A DNA stretch of 64,000 nt from Amoebophrya sp. A120 (taxonomy: Eukaryota; Protista; Dinoflagellata): the NCBI GenBank assembly GCA_905178155.1, contig CAJINV010000001.1, positions 11,030,311 to 11,094,310 on the forward strand, read 5' to 3'. The notes beneath the pieces are model-generated. The model saw only the letters and a program-made list of their open reading frames with translations, was not told the origin of the DNA and did not search any database. This document shows positions 25,701-38,184 of this stretch, piece by piece (position 1 is the first letter of the stretch; each line of letters opens with the position of its first letter). The position numbers and the translations under genes were made by a program.

Positions 25701-28659
25701 TGCAGCGGACCAAAGACGGTGAAAATGGGTGGTGGTTTGTCCGCGTCCAGCGGGGCCAGCGGACGCTGCGGTCCCAAAAATCCACAAAGATTATCATGGA
25801 CCCGTCCCTGCGCAAATTCGAAGTCACGGTCCTCTCCGCCGATATGGGCGTGCAGGTCGAGGACGACCTCCCTGGATTTTTGAGCGGGGCAAACGTGGCC
25901 AACTTAGACGAAGACATTCCAGACGTGGACGCGGGGTCCATCGAAAGGTCACTCTCCCCGTCCAGCATGGGCGCTGCGGCCGGGTTTGCCTCGGAGCGCC
26001 GCGGGACCATGCGCATGTCCGGCGCCGCGCCCGGTGGTGCGGAAAACTGGACCGAGTTGGAAACGGCTCTGGACGAACTGGCGGGACAAATTACGGAAGC
26101 CGAGAAACGGTATCGTATTATTGGAGCTTTGTATCTTCAAAATGATGAATGGTGAATCATTGTGCAGCGCATCCACGTAAATTTTCCAGACACTTAGTCG
26201 CTTGTTCCTCGCTGTAAAGTGCTGGCCGCCCCACGTGTCATTGGTTTTTCCTGAACTTTTTCTAATCTCGAATAAGTTTCTATTTCAAAAACGCAAAACC
26301 AGTGTGGGTAGCAGCGCAGCAAGTGGTGACGGTGCAGGACAACAGCAAGCAGGCGGTCGATCTCTGCCCCTATTCGCAACGCGGTGGAACAACTTTGTTG
26401 ACACGCGCGACAAGACCGTGACCGAACTGGCGAAGATCCTCCAGGAGCCTGCACCAAAATGGGTATCGTTTCAGGACGTGAAGCGCGACATACCCGGCGT
26501 GGACGGCGCCGCCGGCGCGGACGCTTCCCCGACCGGGTCTTCCCCGCGCGTGCCGCTCTCCCCCGGCCGCGCGGTTCCGCAGCGGAGTTCCAAGAGATTT
26601 CAGAGCCCCGGCCACCCGGACAGAGGGACCGAGGGCGTTTTGGTGAAATCCACCGAAGTGTCGCCCGCTCACTCCTCCGCGTCCCCCCGAGTGCGACACC
26701 AGTCGCCAGGTGGATCGAGACCCAGCACGGCGGGCGGGAACCTTGCGGCGGGCCACTCGCGGGACTCGAGTCCCGCCAGTCCGCGAAACCGCTTGCCGCA
26801 GTCGACTTTGGTGGGGAAGAAGAGCCTGCTGCGCATCGCGAAGTGGGCCAGTCTAATCAACCCAGATATCGGGATCCTCGAAACGCTGCTAAACCAGGGC
26901 GTCGACCTCGAGGAGCCGCTGTCAAAGAAACGCGTCCGGGCGGCGTTTCGCAAATCCGGTCTGCCTCTGGAGAAGGAGGAACTCGAAGAGCTGCTCCTCG
27001 TTCTGCAGATTGCCAATAGACCAAAAGGAGACAACAAGAAGGAAAAGGAGCCCGTCCACGAGCTACCGACCAACATTCGGCTGTGCGACATTTTCGACTC
27101 CTTGCACAAGTGTTTGTTCGGCGCACCGCGCCGACGCACGCTCCAGTCCCGACCCTCGTCCGGGTCTCCGCGGCGGACCAGCGGTTCGCCGCGCCCGCGG
27201 TCCGCAGCCAGTCGGGTTGATCTGACCATGCCCGACGTGGCAGTCTATCACACAGAAAAAAGCTGGCAGGTCACATTTGTAATGCAAAAATAAATACACA
27301 AAAAAATCTGTATTGCATATCCGAAACAGCATGCTATGGGGCCACCCATGGCAGATTTTTCTGTGTATTTATTTTTGCATTACAAATATGCCCTGCCAGC
27401 TTTTTTCTGTGTGATACAGTCACGCGCGAGCGGATGCGCGCGGCCACGGGCGAGCAGTTTAGTATGGACCCCCTACACCAAGGTGGACAAGCGGGAGCAG
27501 GACCACGAAGCCATAGTCCACCGAGCACGCGGCCGATGCGCAGTACCGAACAATACTGGTCCGAGAAGCAGCAGCCGGTCCAACTGCCGAAGTTTCAGTT
27601 TGCGCCCACGAGGTTCGGCGTTGGCGGCGGGGCCGCGGGAGTAGAATCGTCCTCCCGTGCCGATCACTTTGCGACCACGCAGCAAAAAATGCTGGAGGCC
27701 AAGCGGAAGCGGTCGGCGTCCCCAAAGGTACATGCAAACCTTTTACCGGAGGAGTACGTCCAGGCGCAAGCACGGCTACACGAACGCGAGGGCAAGCATG
27801 CGAATAGTAACCAGAAATTCGCGAGCCCCAATCGCGAGGTCTTGGGTGTGAAACAATCCGTGGAGGGGAAGCGGCCGCTGTCCAGCAACAGCACGATGCG
27901 AGGCAAAAACTCGAATCCCGGCGGGCCCGGCACGACCACGACCGGACTGGCGGAAACCTACCATGCTGCACCTCCCGGTAGTGCGCACGGCAACCGGCGT
28001 CCGATATTTGCTAGCAAGGACTACATTCCCCCTGTGGGGCAGCAGATGTTGAAGCAGGCGAGCAGTCCACGCACCAGTCAAAAGGGGGCACCCACTACGG
28101 GCGGTCACGTGTACCATCAGCGTCCTGGGCCAGGACACGTTCCCACAAGCTTAAATCCGGCACTCACGACAGCGGCCTTGCGGCAGGACGTCACATTAGG
28201 TGGTATTGTGTAAAGTGACTCTGTTGCGCGTCCGCACAAGACACAAATGCAGACAGAATACGCGTTTAAACCTAGAGGTGGACGATTTGTGCCTTTCTGT
28301 GCGAGCTAGCTTTTTTTTTACGTAGAGTATAGTGATGAGCAGGTTTCTCGTGGGGTGTGCGGTTCTTTCTTAAAGAAAGTATCTTGATTTTGCTTCGGAC
28401 TCCAGGTGTTGGGCTTCCCCCAAGCGTTGCGGTTGCGAAGAGCGCGGTGACGCCCGAAAAGCGAATCGGAACCGGTAGTAGCACAGCTGGGAGTTCAAGT
28501 TCCCAAGCGCACGTGCAGGTACCGGGACGACTCTTTAAGAGTCCGTCACACGTGAACATGCGACCGAAGTCTCGGGAAGCTCTAAACCATCCCAAGGATA
28601 ACGGCGCCATGGCCCGGAGCAACTACATGCCGGACGCGTGGTATGACTTGAAGAGATAA
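22798..28659 (+). CDS. Coiled-coil plus MIB/HERC2-domain protein; exons 22798-23354, 23628-24724, 24912-25408, 25610-26109, 26303-27245, 27422-28202, 28406-28659
   Basis: Five GT-AG introns with matching phases, plus one TIR insertion, join seven ORFs. Coiled coil in the 23878 ORF. MIB/HERC2-like motif VGATVTRGPDWDRSDED..GNLGTVV...GTVEVEW near 24975-25096. Confidence 0.7.
27246..27416. mobile_element. TIR introner-like element 4 (young, near-perfect hairpin)
   Basis: CAGTC direct repeat at 27241-45 and 27417-21. The 65-bp arms 27246-27310 and 27352-27416 match at 62/65, with ends TATCAC...GTGATA. Removing 176 nt gives PDVAV|TRERMRAA in frame. Confidence 0.92.
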
Positions 28660-29720
28660 TGTATGAGAATGGTTTCGGGATGTTCAGCATCGGCCTAGAG
28701 CGTACTGATCTCGATATCCGAATCCATGCGCCATGTAATTTCGGCTTTTCTACGTTTCTGTTACAAAAAGAAAAAATAGGTATTGTCTGATGGTAGTTTT
28801 GTTGTATATATCGCTGCATGAAGGTTGAGTGTCTTCTGCGTACCGTATTTTCTTGTTCTTCAGGAGACTAAATGTACCATGTGCATGTGAATGTAAATGT
28901 ATTTGAGCAGACCCCTCCCATTTATGCTGGAATTACTCCCTGTATCTGCAGCTGCATGCTTGGCGGTTCTTCTTGTAACTTGACTTTTCCATAGGTCCTT
29001 TTCGTCTGACGTAGCTAAAAACTGTAGGTAAAGGTAAAGGCAAACAAACGATTTCCGACGTAACGCGATGTGAATGACGTAAAAAGCATTCGTCGCGTCG
29101 ACACATTAGTTTCTGTTTCTGTTTCACCGCAAAAGTAGTAACGAGTTTGATTTTGTTTAGTGACAATCCAATGAAGATTTTACCTTCTACGCCCACGGAC
29201 AAAAACGGCGCCATCCTCTAGCTATGTAGCCGCATGACGAGGAAATGGATGCGATATTTCACCCGAGACATCTGACGCCAGTTCGTAGGGTAGGACTAGG
29301 AGAAGGAGTGTAAGTGTAGGAGCACAAGGAGCAGGAAAAACCAAGGATCTCCCTTGTGCGTTTTTCGTGTCGTTGGCATCTTGTTCGGCACTGGACAGGA
29401 CCAAGAATGCATTCGGGGCATGAGAGAGGGAGCGTAACTGTGAGGGATAGCATAAGTAACGTTTCGTCGCGCGAGCAGCACGAACGCGGGCGGACGAAAG
29501 GCACCGACCTGATTCGAGGGACGAGAAAGCGAGAACGGAGAAGGACGTGTTTTGAGCGTGTTGGATCTATTGTTCTCCTGGCTCGTACGATCGGAATCCG
29601 TACGCATGTGTTTGAACTTTCGTCGGGGTCGGTAAAATGTACAACCGCTTTAGGCACGATGGATTAAAAGAAAAATTGAAAAGAACAAAAGAAAAGAAAA
29701 ATCCGAAAGAAACAATCATG

Positions 29721-29770
29721 AAGAAAATCAAAAAAGGAAATCAAAAAAGAAAATCAAAAAGAAAATCAAT
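29721..29770 (+). repeat. A-rich degenerate tandem repeat (AAGAAAATCAAAA)x~4
   Basis: aagaaaatcaaaaaaggaaatcaaaaaagaaaatcaaaaagaaaatcaat, within an A-rich tract spanning about 29665-29820. Confidence 0.7.
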
Positions 29771-29938
29771 AAGGAAGCAAGGAAATCCATGCGCTACAAG
29801 CCTAGGAAAAAAAAAGGTACAACTATGATTGTCCAGCATTTGAGAAAAGGAATAGAAATTGTAATGGAAGTAGTCAATACTAATGATAGTAATTCCTGGA
29901 GGGTTTTCCACGCCTTGCAAATAAGATAGAACTCAAAG

Positions 29939-30293
29939 ATGGTTTTGAAGGTTTGGAATGAGGACCTGATCCGCGCCTTAGTGGCGCGCCAGCAGCGAGC
30001 CCGAGCCGATAATCACCATGACCAACATATGTACCGCCTGGCAGTCGTGGCCCTGCAATCACAGCGAAAAGATATCAAGAGAAGAAGCGACGGACTCATT
30101 ACGAATCTTCCGCCGTTCTCGGAACGAATCAAACAGCTTTGTGAGCGCATTATCCACGGACAGGAGGAGGTGATCACGCCGGACTTGGTGCAGTATGATC
30201 CAGAACATAACGACGACCATGGGCATGCAGATGCAGTGGCGGAGTTGGTCGCGGAAGATGTAGCCACCTTTGTTCGCGACCGCATGAAGTACG
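29939..30293 (+). pseudogene. Possible MUS81-like N-terminal (helix-hairpin-helix) fragment, truncated
   Basis: MVLKVWNEDLIRALVARQQRARADNHHDQHMYRLAVVALQSQRKDI...NLPPFSERIKQLCERII resembles the N-terminal HhH/8-kDa-like domain of MUS81/PolX (judged from memory). Similarity ends near ...RDRMKYG and no ERCC4 domain follows. Confidence 0.35.
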
Positions 30294-31457
30294 GTGACGA
30301 GGGACACGCTCGGAGCGTCGTTCAGCTGCGACCGGGTCAACATCACGTCTTTTGCCATTACCTCCGCATCTACTTCCTCGTCGCGAAGTCGGCAACTCTC
30401 GAGTAGTAGTACTGCGGCTTCCAGCCCCGCCACGGGTGTGCAATTGACCACTTCCTCCGGCATCGTGGTCTCCGTGGAGTATTCCATCAGCGGGTTCGCC
30501 AGCAGCGCTGCAGCCTCTACCTTCGTGAGTTCGTCCCCGGCCGGAACGGCTGCGGTCGGGTCCACGACGAGCCCCTTTGCGACGTCCTTCCAAAGCGCCT
30601 TCCCTGCCGCCCTCTCCACCGTGATCGCTGCCCAAGGCAGCGCGCTCAACGCCACCGCGGCGGACATGGGTCTGTCGATCAGCTCCGTGGCGGTGACGGC
30701 GGCGCCAACGATCGTGGAAGTGGTGGACGGCACGCCGACTGGCACGGTTGCGCCGGTTAGCAACACCACCGAAACGGTTTCGTCGGCGACTCCGTCAAGC
30801 TCGGACGAGGACGACAGCGACACTGTCGTGGTAATCGTTTGCGTTTTGGCCGGTCTTGCGATCCTCGTCGGCATGATCTGGGTAGGCTACACGAAAATTT
30901 ACACGACCACCATCTCGCGAATCAGTTTGCCGCAAGCGCTGCCGCGGCTGTCTTTACGACTGTTCGGAACTGCTGCTGCAGCAGCGAACGAGAAAAAGGG
31001 TAGGCATGATGACGGGCGAGGAAAGAAGGTCAGAAGCGAAGGAGAACAGCAGGCCGACGATTTTTTCGACGCGGAGGCCGCTTCCGACGTGGATCACAGC
31101 GCCATACAACTCATGGATGGCCGCGCGGGCGGCATGGACAGGCAAGATCCTCGGAAACGTTTTGGCTCCACATTGGCAGTGCCTGGTGCATCAAATGAAG
31201 AAGACGTGTTCGCGACCCCGCGCGCCGATGAGGAGGACGAAACTGAAACGAACCGGCCGGCACCAGTTTCTTCCTCCATGGCTGCAGCGAAAAAGACCGA
31301 CAGCGCGGCTTCGGTACTGGGACCGCCAGGTCGAGGCTTGGAGAAGAAGCCAGGCACTCCGGCTGCGGAAGTTCCTTGGCGCAGCCGTTTGCGAGCACAG
31401 CTGTCACGCGATCACGCTGACATCGAGCTCGAGAACCTCGATGAAGACTTTCCTTGA
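30290..31457 (+). CDS. Ser/Thr-rich single-pass membrane (surface) protein, C-terminal part; start not found
   Basis: GC-rich 387-aa ORF with an S/T/A-rich ectodomain, TM segment TVVVIVCVLAGLAILVGMIWVGY and a charged cytoplasmic tail. The frame opens only at 30288, with no ATG or signal peptide. Confidence 0.6.
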
Positions 31458-32444
31458 AGGAAAGGAACAGTGCCTACTTAGATTGAGAAGTATCTTTTGA
31501 GTTTGTCCTGTAACGTAACTAACCCCTATCAGTCTCTTCTCACTGTCAGAGGCAGGAAAGATCAAACTACACGAAATAAAAGCAAAACAAAAACACTTTT
31601 CACTTCATTGTTTTACTTTTGGACGACTGCACCCACAGAGTTTCAAAACTGTTTCAAGTTTCAACGGTGGAAGGACCACCAAGAGAGCAAAAGAGCAGAA
31701 AGGAGCACTGAAAAAAAGGCGACGGCGCAAGGTGGTCTTCTTGATGCTGGATAAGTACTACTTGACTCCTCTTGGCAAACATGTTCTTGCTGACCGTAGA
31801 TGCTGAGCTTCATAATTTCCCTTGTCTGTTTCTCTTAGATGTCCGGCAGTTCGATCGATCCATGGCAGATCTTCAAAGGATCTCTTTATGAAACTGAGTA
31901 AATGAACCTGAACGGATGCGAAGCGACTTTATCAAGATCAAGCGTCGAAGATCAGAAATAGAATGGACACGTTCACGTATATGAAAAATGAACTCAATGG
32001 CTTCCTTTCTCGACGCAACCGCGAATGCTTGCCTCTGCGAGGAGCGTGACCGTGATCGTTCGGGTGAAACCTACAGACAATTGCATTAGGTGCACTTAGC
32101 CCCATATATGATCGCCTGAAGAAGCAGCCAGGGAAATACAATTGAAGATCTACTAGACAAGGCAAAACACAAATTGCGCAGGAATGTACAAGAAAATCAG
32201 GATCTACTACACAGACGATCATGTTGATCTCGAGCACCTCAGCTACAGATTCTGCCATTGATATTTTTTCCATCTCAGGCTCCGGCGCTTGTTTGTATCG
32301 ATACACATCAGTTCGGAGATAGACAGAGCTCCTTACACAGTGCTACCAGTCGTTTTCGATGCCCGCCAAATAGAATACCTACGCTTAACCTGAAGCAAAA
32401 TCATCTAGAAAGAAGGAAGCATCGCACGACACCAGAAGCGCATC

Positions 32445-35400
32445 ATGGAGTTCGAGGCCGACGAGATTCTGGGAGAGACTTTCTCCCTGAGCGAGTTGTG
32501 TTGCGACGCGGCGAGCCTTGTTGGTCTTGCTGCCCAACTGCAGGGGGAACAAGCAGGAGCGACTGACGACCTGCGCCAGCGTTTAGGCGCAAGTGCGGCT
32601 GATTTGCGACAGTTGCTGGGGTTAGACACGGACGGCAAAAATCAAATGGACTTTTTGAGACAGTTAGTAGCAGCCCAGAAAACGGGCACATTTGCGGAGT
32701 CCGACGCATTGAAAGCGAGGCAGTTCACAAAACAACTTCTCGGGGAAGGTGAAAATTCCGCCGCCAAAGTTGCCGCTGGCGATCAACGTGTCGCCATTAC
32801 GGGACCCACACAGCTTGTTCCAAATCCGCAGTGTGCGTTGCTGAAATTTTTTCGCGAAAAAACTGCGACGCCGCAATCAACGCGGAGAGCGCAGGAGCGT
32901 TGGACAGTGGACAACTTCGGCAGGCCGAGCAGCGAGGGTGAGCCGCCATCGACGAAAAGCCGCAGCACAGAAACCAGCACGAACAGCGAGGAGGGATTGC
33001 AGCTCTCATCTTCAGGTACCACCGCCTCGAACGTTGTTGTGCAAGAAGACGACGAAAATGTGGACGCGCATTTAGCCTCTCTAGGTTTCGATGCCTCGTC
33101 CCCCAGCTGCTCTGATTCATCGCCGGTCAAGGCAGTGGCAAGGACGACCGACAGAGAGGAAATGGTGCCGACGGCGAAAACAGAAGTTGACGTCGTGGGG
33201 CACCAGCCGCAGCAAACAACGAACTCCAGTCTTCCGGACGGAGTTGAAAGTATGCAAAATCAAACCAAACCTGTCCACCCTTACGCGGACGTGATATCTC
33301 AGATGCGTGCAGCGGCCCACTGGCCGAGGCTGGAGGACATAGCAGCCGAATTACAGAAGTACGAGGCCGGGGAGTACAACTTCAAACCCGCCCGGATGCG
33401 AAACATCTTCGGCGCGAACACGGCCCCCGCACAAGCCATGTCGAAACTCGATGCGTACTTCACGGTTCCGAACGTGAATGCGCGAGTAAGCACAACAGGG
33501 GACAACTTGTCTGACAAGAACAAAGCCGCCTGCTACGAAACGCCGACCGACCTCGTGCTGGTTCGCACCGTCGCGGACCTGCAGCAGATGATCGCGGATC
33601 TGGCCACGGAGGATTTCGTCGCGATCGACATTGAGCACCACTCCGCGCACTCGTTTCGCGGATTTTGCTGCTTGCTGCAGCTGTCTTCGAAATCCACCGA
33701 CTACATCGTCGATTTGATCCCGCCACCGAGCCAGCTGGAAACTGTCGCCGATTTCCGCGCGGCGGTCACTCTGCTCAACAAAATTACGGCAAATCCGGCG
33801 ATCGTTAAGGTACTTTTCCGTGAACAAAAGTTCGTGATTGATTTGTTGTGCTCTGCTGGAAGACCAACAAGATGTCGAACAACTGTGCTGCGCAGTCGAA
33901 GTAGAGTCGTACACCTCCTGCAAAAATCGAGAATGAGATGTAGATTCGCGCTAAAGTCAGGCAACGCAACGCAGCGGCTCCTGCCAGGAATTGTTTTTTG
34001 TTTTGTCGAACGAAAATTTAAATTTTTGTTTTCTCTTCCAACTACAGGTCTTCCACGGAGCCGATCACGATGTGATCTGGTTGCAACGCGACTTCGGGGT
34101 TTACCTTGTGAACCTGTTCGATACCGGGCAAGCCACCCGAGTCTTGCGCTACCCCGGCGGCTTCGGGCTGGCAAATTTGTACAAGACGGAGCTGAACTTT
34201 CTGCCCGACAAGAGTCTCCAGCTGGCGGACTGGCGAAAGCGACCCTTGGAGGCGCACTGCGTCAACTACGCACGGAGCGACACGCATTTCTTGCTCTACG
34301 TGTGGATGAAGCTGATGGTGCAGCTTTACGCGCAGGAGGACGGGAACGCGAACACAGCACCAGCACAAAGCGGTTCCTACGGCAGTTCTGCGCTCAGTTG
34401 CTTCAATAGCGGAAAAAATGCAGCGGCGACGACCAGCAAAATGAATCAGGCCGCTTCTGTCACGACCGCGGTAAGAGAATGCTTTGAAAAGTCGCAGAAA
34501 GTCGCACTGCAGGTGTACCGAGTGAAGAACCCGTTTCCGCTGCCGAGATCGTACCTGAAGATGGAGGCTTCGAAGATCACGTCGAAGCACAAGCTCCCGC
34601 GGAATCACGGATACTGGCATTTCGTTCAGTTCGGCCGGCTGGAGAACATTCTCGAGTGGCGCGATTGTGTTGCGCGGGTCGTTGACGAGTCCGAATTCCA
34701 AATTTTGCCGCCGCACGCCTGCTGCCAACTCGCCCTGCTGCCGCTGGAGGACGATCCGAGTGGCGCAGTCCCGCGGGAGCGAGGTTTGGAGTACTTTGCG
34801 AAGAACGTATCGGTCGCGCATTTGAAGGAGCAGGTACGCCAGGTGGTGTACAGAAACATGAGTCGCATGGAGCCGGCGGAGCGGGATTTGACCCTCAGTG
34901 AGGTGGACACACTGTTTGCGGTTTGGCGCCTCGGCACGGTGGCCGATCGGGAACAGCGGGCTCTTGAGATGGCAAAGCTGTTGGAAGAAAAGTATTTAAA
35001 GAGAGAAATTGAAATGATCGTTGGAGTTGCTCAGAAAATCGCAGACGAGATGAACGACACCAACTCCAAGGAGCCTGTTTGTATTCCGCCTGTGGCTGTC
35101 GCTGCGGATCCGAATGCAAGCGCCCTTGATGCCGCCGAAGAACCGGTAGTCCCGCAAAACACGGCCGCGGACGGGAACAGCGATGTTGGGGAAAGTCGCA
35201 AGCGACAGGCTGCGGCCACTTCTAGTGACATGGGGGCTTCGGAAAGTACGGGTAAGAATGGACCTTCAGCACTGCAGAATACGAGTGGCATCGTCTGGCT
35301 AAAACCCGTGGCCGATCCGGCTATTGTACAAGCAGCGCATGCAGTTTCCGAGTCAGTGCTTGCAGGATCCAAACGCAGAAAGTTCGGCGCCCCCACCTCC

Positions 35401-36159
35401 AAAGTTGCGGACTTTTTTCAAGCGGTCACAGCAGCTGTGAGCAAACAACGGGGTCACAGCGCTGTGCTTCAGTTAATCGACGACAGTTCCGATGAGGATG
35501 CCTCATCGACAGAAGGCGAAAACGACGGCACAGAAACAAAACGAGTGCGATCCGACCAGCTTGGTTTGCAAATGGCGCAGCTAAGTAGAAACAAACCCGC
35601 ACCTGTGCAAGCAAGTTGTACCGGAGAAGATCGATTTCTGAAAGTTGTTGCACCTCCACCTCCACCAACAAAGGCCGAGACTGAAGAGGAGAAAGCAATC
35701 GCCGCAGGCTCATCGACAACCGTTGTTCTGCGAGGCGACAATGCCCCCGGTGCGAGCGGGACCGGGCGGAGACGAAAGAAGCACAAAAACCTGCTGCCTG
35801 CTAACGGCGAAACGACCGTGGCCGCAACGGATCTGCCTGCTGTTGAAGAAAAACAAATCGCCGGTGTCCCGAATTTAGGGTTTTCGTCTCTCGACGACAC
35901 AACCGGACAGGCGGCAGCTGCGGCGCTCGGCGCGTCTTCTAAGAAAAAGTCAAAAAAAGCAGTGAGAAAGGAAGCGAAAAATAACGAAGCTGCTAATAGG
36001 CCTCAGCAGTTTCATGCTGGTGGAGGTGCTGCTGCATTTCAGCCGGATCGATTGCTTGTGCGTTCCAAGAAGGATGGCAGGACCAGGAGCAAGGGCAAAG
36101 GCAAAGGGAAAAAAGGAGGTCAGGTTGAAGAGTCGGGCTTTCGACAGAAGAACAAGTGA
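32445..36159 (+). CDS. RRP6: Exosome 3'-5' exonuclease RRP6/EXOSC10; exons 32445-33809, 34048-36159
   Basis: DEDDy motifs AIDIEHHSAHSFRGFCCLLQLSS, IVK|VFHGADHDVIWLQRDFGVYLVNLFDT and QLADWRKRPL..YARSDTHFLL; HRDC-like LEWRDCVARVVDES; HPY motif; basic C-terminus. GT-AG intron 33810-34047. Confidence 0.93.
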
Positions 36160-36817
36160 GAAGCATATGTATACGTTCTCGCTGTAAAACATAAACATGC
36201 ACGAGCGCGACAAGGACATATTTGAAACTCAGAACTCATTTACATTTTGTGACGGCGTGGCTCATATTCTTCATTTTAGGCAGGGTTCTGTTCAATATGT
36301 TAGTAGTAGTACACAACTCAGACGCAAAGAGGTTGTCTGCTGAAATAGTTTTCGATCCGTTTCTGTTGATCTTGACCACAGGAAGAGAGCGTGCATCTAG
36401 TTTTCCACGTAGCTCGAGAACTGGAATTCAACTTTCGATCAGGTGCCAAGATCTCACAGCAGATTCTAGATCTGGTAAAGATCCATTCGGTTTCCGTCGT
36501 GACGGGTCCAGTTTTTCTAGCCGAGCGCTTTATTTTGGCCTGTCTGGTGGATCTGGATTATAAACAGGTAGTCGCTCTTCATCTTCGTCTTCTCGCTATT
36601 GACCATCGCCCGAAACTCCCAAGGATTGAGTTGGCATAAGCCGCTCGCCATAGAGTAGAGCTGAAGTGAAAGTAAGTCGAGCTCTCTAGTCAACACTCCA
36701 TCGCATGGTAGCTAGTTTAATGCTTCTTCGAAGAGAACAATAATATCATCAAGAGCTGACTATACAAAACTGCTACTTGTTGTAATTGTAGGGTCGACCA
36801 GGCACATCCACGGCACC

Positions 36818-37699
36818 ATGACAGCGTCTGATCCGGGTATCTCCGCTTTCACACTGTACTACATGGACCACCCGTTTTGGCGGGCCGAGTGTATTCGCCT
36901 CGCCGTGCACATCTATCTAGCGAAAGGCAAGCAGCTTCCCTTTGAGTACAAGGACGCGCGCGTGAATGGCCGGGCCCTCCGGGAAAGCGGCAAGCCCGTC
37001 TTCGGCCAGATGCCGGTTGCCGGAGTGGTGTTTGCAGCAGACGACTCCAAGCAGGAACACATCCTAGCTGAGGTGCAGGCGATTTGTAGCTTTGTTGGAA
37101 AGCAAATAGGGTTTTATCCCACGGCAAATCCATGGGAGATGGCAAAAATGGACGAAGCTTTCGGAGGCCTCACTAGCGCAACAGATCTAATCTCGTCCAC
37201 GATGGGAATTCAGCCACCGGAACGAAAAATCCAAGTGCGGCAGAGCATTTGTGATCTCGAGGAGGGCCGGCTTACACAGTTCGTCGGCGGCCTGGAAACC
37301 CTTCTGCAGAAAGCGAATGGTAAGCACCGGAACTGAAACAGAAAGCCTCCTTCATGAAAATGCTGGTACATCAACATCACGCATCTGTCGATCGCTTGAT
37401 TTTCAACATACAGAGAGAAGGAGCTTTGTGCGTTGTCTCTAGTCAACATAAAATTTCTTACCCCACCAGGTACTGCTACCAATCAAGTCGTCTTTGTGCC
37501 ATCATTCGGGCTTTCGATAGTGGACCTTGCAGCATGGCGATTTGTTGGTTGGGTGAGTAGTGGAATTCTCGATGGTATCCCAACGAAATGGGTGCAGGAG
37601 TCTTTCCCGTTGCTGTGGCAAGTTCACCGACAAGTTGACAGCATGCCGGAAACGCAAAGCTGGAAAGGCAAGCATTCAAAGTTTTACTCAAACTCCTAA
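36818..37699 (+). CDS. Glutathione S-transferase (sigma-like); exons 36818-37319, 37470-37699
   Basis: LYYMDHPFWRAECIRLA, FGQMP, EVQAICSFVGKQIGFYP and the C-terminal N-capping box LSIVDLAAW. GT-AG intron 37320-37469, phase 1. Confidence 0.88.
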
Positions 37700-38184
37700 A
37701 CGAACAAAAGCAACAGATCGTCGGCTGTATAGGTGAAGGTGCGCACTTCTTGTTGGCCACTTTTTTATAAATCCGAACTCACGAATTCGAATCAGAATAA
37801 GAATGTGAATGACATCTTGACGCTCGTTCGCACCCTCGTAGCGGGGGACCACGAGACGTAAAAATTAGGGCTGAAGGCGGGATCTTCAAAATGGATAGAA
37901 ATCAATAGAACTGTTGAATAGCGAAGATCGAAAATGGAAGAAATCTTGGTGAGATCCCAAGCAACCACAAATGATGTTGCACACGACGTCGGTTTAGCTG
38001 TAGGTGTTTCTCTTTCTGTTATGTGCGCATATGCCCAAAAAAGCAAATGAACACAGGAAGCGACACAGGGCGACTACGACTTCAAAGCCTGCAGCTTTAG
38101 CAAGCTTCAGACTTTTCATTGATCTTGATTCCTGTTCGATACAGACTTAAATCAATAGTTTACCGTTTATTTTCCACCAAAAGA

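Noticed and set aside
29637-29828. Lys-rich 63-aa ORF
   Set aside because: It is a by-product of the A-rich repeat tract.
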